14,953 bases of DNA from Octopus sinensis (taxonomy: Eukaryota): the NCBI RefSeq assembly GCF_006345805.1, contig NW_021826591.1, positions 1 through 14,953 on the forward strand, written 5' to 3'. This document shows positions 8,138 through 14,953 of the stretch, piece by piece (positions within the stretch are counted from its first letter, which is position 1; each line of letters opens with the position of its first letter). Position numbers and translations under genes: made by a program. Under the pieces are notes generated by a model. That model was not told the DNA's origin, did not search any database, and saw only the letters and a list, made by a program, of their open reading frames with translations.

Positions 8138-9068
8138 TAGATAAACAGACAGATGTGAGATTTGGCTGCTATTTCTAGCAGTAACTCTGGCATCCATTAA
8201 GCATTGAAACATTCTATATTTAAATGTCTTTTCTTTCTGCCTCCCTCTCAGTATTTTCTGTATCCTTCTTCGCATATATTTTTGCTCAAGTCTTGCTGTT
8301 GTTTCTAGCATAGGAAACGTCTCAGTTTAATGGACCCTTTGTATTTGTCTTGTTTTGCATGACAAATAGGTGTAGAATTTATAGACTGAAGTTAATTTCA
8401 GAACTACAGCAGATTGGAGGGACATTTGGCTGCTATTTCAAACAAATCTAGCTATCATTTTCATTGGCTTCAATTTTTATCGGCTCATATATAAATATGG
8501 ATGGAGTTACGTGAGGCAGTATGATGCTGTTTCGACGTAGATTTGGCTGCTATTTCTAGCAGCCCTTGCTTTCATTTACTTCTTATACATCATGAATTTC
8601 GTTTTCTTTTCTAAATTAGACTTCATTTTCCATTTAATTATTCCAAAGAAATTAATACAAAACTGGAAAACCATATAAGACAAATAGATAGATAGACAGC
8701 TGTGATTCAGTGAGTTTTGACTGCTATTTCTAGCAGCAAGTCTATAAAATAGTTACAAATGCACAATTAAATACAAGTTGAAGCTAGAAACAACAGTTAA
8801 AGGAATGTATCACATATTTTTTTATAAAGTCTCCTTTCCAAAGCTTTGTGCCTAGGTTTAGTTTGTTGTTTGAGTAGAAGGGACGGAGGGAATATGTTTG
8901 GGGTCGATTTTCTGAAATAAAATCCTTGAGACTGGTGCCCCAGAATTGACAGAAACAACAAGACAACGAGTAAAATCGGCAGAGGAAGGAATGGAACCAA
9001 CATGTTGGAGTATACCTTGGTGTCGTTTAGGAATGTGTGTGGGAAGACAATCGGGAAGAAACGAGTCG
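8138..9068. repeat. ~0.93 kb duplicated module, copy 2
   Basis: Colinear with copy 1, plus an ~85 bp insert at ~8660-8745. Confidence 0.92.
8797..9003 (-). CDS. Speculative 68-aa ORF: signal-peptide-like N-terminus plus cationic tail
   Basis: MLVPFLPLPILLVVLLFLSILGHQSQG-FYFRKSTPNIFPPSLLLKQQTKPRHKALERRLYKKICDTFL; disrupted in module copies 1 and 4; no homology recognised. Confidence 0.13.
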   Translation of the reverse strand: MLVPFLPLPILLVVLLFLSILGHQSQGFYFRKSTPNIFPPSLLLKQQTKPRHKALERRLYKKICDTFL

Positions 9069-9099
9069 ACACAGGTACCAGTAATGCAAACTGGCATCG

Positions 9100-9256
9100 G
9101 CCAGGCTCTGTCATAAGAAGTTTGCTTCCCAACCACATGTTTCCAGGTTCAATCCTACTGTGTGGCACCTTAGGCAAGTGTCTTTTAAATGACCCTTAAG
9201 CCAACCAAAGCCTTGTGAGTGGATCTGCTAGATGGAAACTGAAAGAAGCCCATCAT
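9100..9256 (+). mobile_element. tRNA-derived SINE, family A (duplicate at ~11589-11743)
   Basis: B-box-like GGTTCAATCCT at 9146-9156; CCAACCAAAGCCTTGTG; ends GAAGCCCATC. Confidence 0.82.
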
Positions 9257-9283
9257 ATATGTATGTGTGTATATCTATATGTA

Positions 9284-9340
<57 letters not shown>

Positions 9341-9364
9341 TACATATACATATACATATACATA

Positions 9365-9625
9365 CCGGGGACGCGTTGTGTCCTTGAGCAAGACACTTTA
9401 TTTCACATTGCTCCAGTCCACTCAGCTGTCAAAAATGAGTTGTACTTGTATTTCAAAGGGTCAGCCTTGTCACTCTCTGTGTCACGCTGATTATCCCCGA
9501 GAACTACGTTAAGGGTACACGTGTCTGTGGAATGCTCAGCCATTTGCACGTTAATTTCACGAGCAAGCTGTTCCGTTGATCGTATCAGCTGGGACCCTCG
9601 TCGTCGTAACCAGCGGAGTCTTTAA
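9365..9625 (+). mobile_element. 5'-truncated SINE, family E (duplicate at ~11853-12112)
   Basis: GTTGTGTCCTTGAGCAAGACACTT resembles a central-domain motif widespread in metazoan tRNA SINEs (from recall); higher-GC island between microsatellites. Confidence 0.6.
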
Positions 9626-10083
9626 GACATATACATACATATACATGTATATATATATAATACATATTTTTTGTGTCACCAGCACAAGTGCCAATGAGGT
9701 AATGCTGGTAACGATCACGCTCAAATGGTGCTTTTCATGTGCCACCAGCATGGGAGCCAGACACTGCTCTGGCAATGATCACACTCGGATGGTGCTGTTA
9801 GCGCTCCACTGGCACGGTGCCAGTCATCGAATTTGGTTCAATTTCGATTATATATATATATGTGTGTGTGTGTATATGTTTGTGTTTATGTTTGTCCCCC
9901 AGCTTTGCTGACAACCGATTTTGGTGGGTTTGCGTCCCTGTATCTTAGCGATTTGGCAAAAGAGACTGATAGAATAAGTATTGGGCAAAACAAAGAATAA
10001 GAACTGGGGTCCGTTTATATTTGACTACAGGCGGTGCTCCAGCATGGCTGCAGTCAATTGACTGAAACAAATAAAGGAATACA

Positions 10084-10116
<33 letters not shown>

Positions 10117-10118
<2 letters not shown>

Positions 10119-10193
10119 AGCAGTATCGCCCGGCGTTGCTCGGGTTTGTAAGGGAATAACTATAAAGCATTTTTAGATAGATAGATAGATAGA
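10117..10193 (-). mobile_element. Mini Helitron-like element, duplicate copy
   Basis: CTAGCAGTATCGCCCGGCGTTGCTCGGG is identical to 7623-7650. Confidence 0.62.
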
Positions 10194-10628
10194 TATATAT
10201 ATTCATGTGTGTATATCTGAACCCCACCCCACATAACCATCACTTGACAACCTATGTTGTCTGTTTACAACCCTTTAAGTTAGTTTGGCAAAAGAGACTG
10301 ATAGAATAAGTCCTAGGCTTACGAAGAATAATCCTGGGGTCGATTTGTTTGACTAAAACCCTTTAAGGCAGTGCTCCAGCATGGCCGCAGTCAAATAACT
10401 GAAACAAGTAAAAGAAACAAAGAATGTAATATATTTAGATGCAGGGTTTCCCACCCAGGGGTGCACACACCGCTTGGGGGTGCGAGCAGGGCTGGATTTA
10501 TATGGGGTCAAAGTCGGCAATTGCTCCGGGCACCTTTATTCTTATATAAACTATTACTTTAAGGGGTGTGAGAACATATTAAGGTTTTTAAGGGTGCAGG
10601 GCATAAAAAAGGTTGGGAACCCCTTCGA

Positions 10629-11557
10629 TAGATAAACAGACAGATGTGAGATTTGGCTGCTATTTCTAGCAGTAACTCTGGCATCCATTAAGCATTGAAA
10701 CATTCTATATTTAAATGTCTTTTCTTTCTGCCTCCCTCTCAGTATTTTCTGTATCCTTCTTCGCATATATTTTTGCTCAAGTCTTGCTGTTGTTTCTAGC
10801 ATAGGAAACGTCTCAGTTTAATGGACCCTTTGTATTTGTCTTGTTTTGCATGACAAATAGGTGTACAATTTATAAACTGCAATTAATTTCAGAAGAACAG
10901 TAAATTGGAGGGGCATTTAGCTGCTATTTCAAACAATCTAGCTATCATTTTCATTGGCTTCAATTTTTATCGGCTCATATATAAATATGGATGGAGTTAC
11001 GTGAGGCAGTATGATGCTGTTTCGACGTAGATTTGGCTGCTATTTCTAGCAGCCCTTGCTTTCATTTACTTCTTATACATCATGAATTTCGTTTTCTTTT
11101 CTAAATTAGACTTCATTTTCCATTTATTATTCCAAAGAAATTAATACAAAACTGGAAAACCATATAAGACAAATAGATAGATAGACAGCTGTGATTCAGT
11201 GAGTTTTGACTGCTATTTCTAGCAGCAAGTCTATAAAATAGTTACAAATGCACAATTAAATACAAGTTGAAGCTAGAAACAACAGTTAAAGGAATGTATC
11301 ACATATTTTTTTATAAAGTCTCCTTTCCAAAGCTTTGTGCCTAGGTTTAGTTTGTTGTTTGAGTAGAAGGGACGGAGGGAATATGTTTGGGGTCGATTTT
11401 CTGAAATAAAATCCTTGAGACTGGTGCCCCAGAATTGACAGAAACAACAAGACAACGAGTAAAATCGGCAGAGGAAGGAATGGAACCAACATGTTGGAGT
11501 ATACCTTGGTGTCGTTTAGGAATGTGTGTGGGAAGACAATCGGGAAGAAACGAGTCG
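10629..11557. repeat. ~0.93 kb duplicated module, copy 3
   Basis: Near-identical to copy 2 except 10866-10919, which matches copy 1. Confidence 0.92.
11286..11492 (-). CDS. Duplicate of the speculative 68-aa ORF
   Basis: Same translation as 8797-9003; not independent evidence. Confidence 0.13.
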   Translation of the reverse strand: MLVPFLPLPILLVVLLFLSILGHQSQGFYFRKSTPNIFPPSLLLKQQTKPRHKALERRLYKKICDTFL

Positions 11558-11771
11558 ACACAGGTACCAGTAATGCAAACTGGCATCGGCCAGGCTCTGT
11601 CATAAGAAGTTGCTTCCCAACCACATGTTTCCAGGTTCAATCCTACTGTGTGGCACCTTAGGCAAGTGTCTTTTAAATGACCCTTAAGCCAACCAAAGCC
11701 TTGTGAGTGGATCTGCTAGATGGAAACTGAGAGAAGCCCATCATATATGTATGTGTGTATATCTATATGTA

Positions 11772-11828
<57 letters not shown>

Positions 11829-12114
11829 TACATATACATATACATATACATACCGGGGACGCGTTGTGTCCTTGAGCAAGACACTTTATTTCACATTGCT
11901 CCAGTCCACTCAGCTGTCAAAAATGAGTTGTACTTGTATTTCAAAGGGTCAGCCTTGTCACTCTCTGTGTCACGCTGATTATCCCCGAAACTACGTTAAG
12001 GGTACACGTGTCTGTGGAATGCTCAGCCATTTGCACGTTAATTTCACGAGCAAGCTGTTCCGTTGATCGTATCAGCTGGGACCCTCGTCGTCGTAACCAG
12101 CGGAGTCTTTAAGA

Positions 12115-12175
12115 CATATACATACATATACATGTATATATATATATAATATATATATACATTACATATACATAC

Positions 12176-12240
<65 letters not shown>
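12115..12240. repeat. (TA)n microsatellite
   Basis: Direct inspection. Confidence 0.97.
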
Positions 12241-12255
12241 TTATTTGTATGTGTC

Positions 12256-12465
12256 TACCCTACACCACACATCACCATCGTATGACAACCGATGTTGGTC
12301 TGTTTATGTCCCTGTGACTTTGATTTGACAAAAGAGACTGATAGAATAAGTACTAAACTTACAAAGATTTGTTTGACAGAAACCCAGGAAGGTGGTGCTC
12401 CAGCAGGGCCACAGTGAAATAACTGAAACAAATAAAAGAATAAATAAATGTACAAGAATAAAAGA
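12256..12465 (+). mobile_element. Interspersed repeat family C
   Basis: TGACAACCGATGTTGG...AAAAGAGACTGATAGAATAAGT...GGTGCTCCAGCAGGGCC. Confidence 0.83.
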
Positions 12466-12504
12466 ATGTATATATATATATATTTATATAAATAGAGAGA
12501 CAAA

Positions 12505-13330
12505 TAGACAGACAGACAAATAGATAGACAGACAGCTGTGATTCAGTGAGTTTTGGCTGCTATTTCTAGCAAGTAAATTTAACATTGATACATTATATAT
12601 TTCGATCTTTTTTGGCTTTTGCTTTCCTCCCAGTTTTTTCTCTGTCCGTCTTTGTATATATTTTTGCTAAACACTTGCTGTTGTTTCTAGCATATGAAAT
12701 GACACAGTTTAATGGACCTGTTGTATTGGATTTGTTTTGCATGACAAACAGGCGTAGAATTTTAAACTGTAGCTAATTTCAGAAGTACAGTGGATTGGAG
12801 GGGCATTTGGCTGCTATTTCAAGCAACTCTAGCTATATAACTATGTATGGAGTTACGTGAGACAATATGGGGCTGTTTTCTCTGTAAATGTGGCTGCTAT
12901 TACTAGCAGCTCTTGCATTCAGTTGCATTTTATATGTCATGCTTTTAATTATATTTTTAAATTAGGTATTAATTTGCATTTAATTATTAAAATGAAATTA
13001 ATACAACAACAAAAAACTAGTTACAGACACAAACTTAAATACAAAGTTTGCTAGAAACAACAGTTATATGAATGCATTGCATATTTTCTCACAAAGGGTC
13101 CCTTCCCAAAATATATGTCTAGATTTGGTTTGTGCTTCAGTACAAGAGACTAACTGAATACGTATGGGGTGGATTTCTAAAGTAAAATCTGTGAGACTGA
13201 TGCCCCCAAATCAACATAACGAGACTACGAATATAATCGGCAGAGAAGGAATGGAACCCGCATGTCAGAGTATATCTTGTCATAGTTTACGAATGTATTT
13301 GGGAAGATGACTGGGAGCATACGAATGGAT
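12505..13330. repeat. ~0.83 kb duplicated module, copy 4
   Basis: Colinear diverged homologue of copies 1-3, with a deletion near 12835. Confidence 0.9.
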
Positions 13331-13532
13331 ATATATATATATATATACATCCATCATTCTAGCTATACAACAAACATTTACATATATATATGTTTATATA
13401 TCAGGGCATTACCATACATAAATGCTTCACACTACGAGGGACTATTAAAGTCAAACTACCATAATAAACACATTATATGTGTGTATATATATATATATAT
13501 ATACACATGTTTGTGTGGTCCACAAATGTATA

Positions 13533-13685
13533 GGCACAGGTGTTCCTGTGTGGTAAGAAGTTTGCTTTCCAACCACAGGGTTCTGTGTTCAGTCCTACTG
13601 CATGGCACCTAGGGCAATTCTCTTCTATTTTGACCTCGGGCCTTGTAAGTGGACCTTGTCAGATGGAAACTGAAGTGAGCCCATC
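13533..13685 (+). mobile_element. tRNA-derived SINE, family A
   Basis: CTGTGTGGTAAGAAGTTTGCTTTCCAACCAC, GTTCAGTCC, AGATGGAAACTGAA. Confidence 0.8.
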
Positions 13686-13694
13686 AGACATAAA

Positions 13695-13725
13695 TATATG
13701 TATATATATACATACACACACACAT

Positions 13726-13773
<48 letters not shown>

Positions 13774-13778
13774 TAGAG

Positions 13779-13820
<42 letters not shown>

Positions 13821-13835
13821 ATATATATATATATA
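13695..13835. repeat. (TA)n(GA)n(GATA)n microsatellite
   Basis: Direct inspection. Confidence 0.96.
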
Positions 13836-13879
13836 GATTCATGTGCATGTAGGTGTGCCTGGCTGTGTGTCAGCCTCCC

Positions 13880-14080
13880 TCCCACCCTCATCATAACTTG
13901 ACAACCGATGGTGGTGTGTTTACATCCCTGTAATTTCATTCGGTAAAAAAGACTGCCAGAATATGTACTAAGCTTTCAAAGAGTAAGCCCTGAAGTCGAT
14001 TTGTTTGGCTAAAGCCCTTTAAGGCATTGCTCCAGCATGACCACAATCCCATTGCTGAAACAAGTAAAAGAATAAAAGAG
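13880..14080 (+). mobile_element. Interspersed repeat family C
   Basis: CTTGACAACCGATGGTGG...TGCTCCAGCATGACC...CTGAAACAAGTAAAAGAATAAAAG. Confidence 0.82.
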
Positions 14081-14254
14081 TGTTTATATATCTATACAGA
14101 TGGATGGTTAGATAAATAGATAGAAAGAAAGATAGAAAGATAGATAGATAGAGAATATGATGATACTGTGGTGCCCCTGCATGGCCATGACCTTTACACT
14201 AGAGGTCAATACTACATATGTATATATGTGTGTGTGTGTGTGTGTGTATAGATA

Positions 14255-14430
14255 TTCTTTTAGTTACATGACAGTGGCCATGTTGGAGCACCACCTTCAG
14301 TCAGGCATATCAACCCCAGGACTTATTCATTGTAAGCCTTGTACTCATTCTGTCAGTCACTGTTGCTGAACCACAAAGTTACAGGGATGTAAACACACCA
14401 ACATCGGTTGTCAAGCAATGGTGTGGACAA
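14255..14430 (-). mobile_element. Interspersed repeat family C, reverse copy
   Basis: CCAACATCGGTTGTCAAG and GTGGCCATGTTGGAGCACC are reverse complements of family C blocks. Confidence 0.8.
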
Positions 14431-14455
14431 CCACAGACAAACAAATATATACATA

Positions 14456-14953
14456 CAGTGGTGGGCAAATAAATATTCGTGATGTGTCATAATTCCTCAT
14501 TTATTTGATTTCTAATGAACATAAATGGGATATACCAATACTATATTTGCATTCACTTGCATAAACTAAGAATACTTTTTTCACCCCTAAATATTTATAA
14601 TTGTATATAAACTCCTTAGTTACTATAATTTATTAGTTTCATTTGCATATTCTTAGTTTATGCATGTGTATGCAAATATAGTATTGGTAGATCCCATTTT
14701 CCTATCATTTTCCCTAAACATGTTAGGTATTTAACCAGCAACTCCTTGAATGGTGCCATCCCTTAACTAAGGCGAAATTCACCTCTAATTGAACTTATGA
14801 ATATATGAAAACATCCAAGATTGTATTCTGATAGGAAAAAGGAAAACACCCAAAGGTGCTGCTTCACCTTTTTAATCAGTGAACGGAAGAAATAAAAATA
14901 GAATAAATAAATTTATTTTTAATAAATTCAAAATACACAATGATTGTGATGAT
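14456..14953. mobile_element. Probable end of a Tc1/mariner-like DNA transposon derivative (may run off the window)
   Basis: TA|CAGTGGTGGGCAAATAAATATTCG matches the TA|CAGTG terminus typical of Tc1 elements; the other end and a transposase are not seen. Confidence 0.5.
14523..14699. repeat. 52-bp inverted repeat (49/52 match), 73-bp spacer
   Basis: 14523-14574 pairs with 14648-14699. Confidence 0.95.

Larger units (their letters stand above)
7150..9655. repeat. 2.49 kb tandem duplication, copy A
   Basis: Near-identical to 9656-12150; offset is 2499 at the start and 2487 at the end. Confidence 0.96.
9656..12150. repeat. 2.49 kb tandem duplication, copy B
   Basis: Head-to-tail copy of 7150-9655; junctions fall in TA-rich microsatellite. 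Confidence 0.96.

Noticed and set aside
8063-8311. 82-aa basic ORF (duplicate at 10554-10802)
   Set aside because: Non-ATG start, runs from the module into a MITE, and is conserved only through the recent duplication.

Overview
Eukaryotic, AT-rich, repeat-saturated DNA that looks intronic or intergenic. The mix of tRNA-derived SINEs and (TA)n/(CA)n/(GATA)n microsatellites resembles, from my recall and not a database search, octopus (coleoid cephalopod) genomic DNA. No convincing protein-coding gene is present, and nearly all listed ORFs are microsatellite or SINE read-through. The main structure is a ~0.85-0.93 kb module present four times (~5645-6505, ~8138-9068, ~10629-11557, ~12505-13330). 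Each module carries 4-5 quasi-regularly spaced copies of GATTTGGCTGCTATTTCTAGCAG, a conserved 14-20 bp inverted repeat, and a ~300 bp tail with hints of codon-like constraint. In copies 2 and 3 that tail holds a signal-peptide-like 68-aa ORF. Copies 2 and 3 come from a near-identical 2.49 kb head-to-tail duplication, and copy 3 contains a short patch identical to copy 1 (gene conversion or polishing artefact). Also present: mini-Helitron-like ends, hAT-like MITEs, a Tc1-like end with a 52-bp foldback, and a 204-bp direct repeat at the window start.
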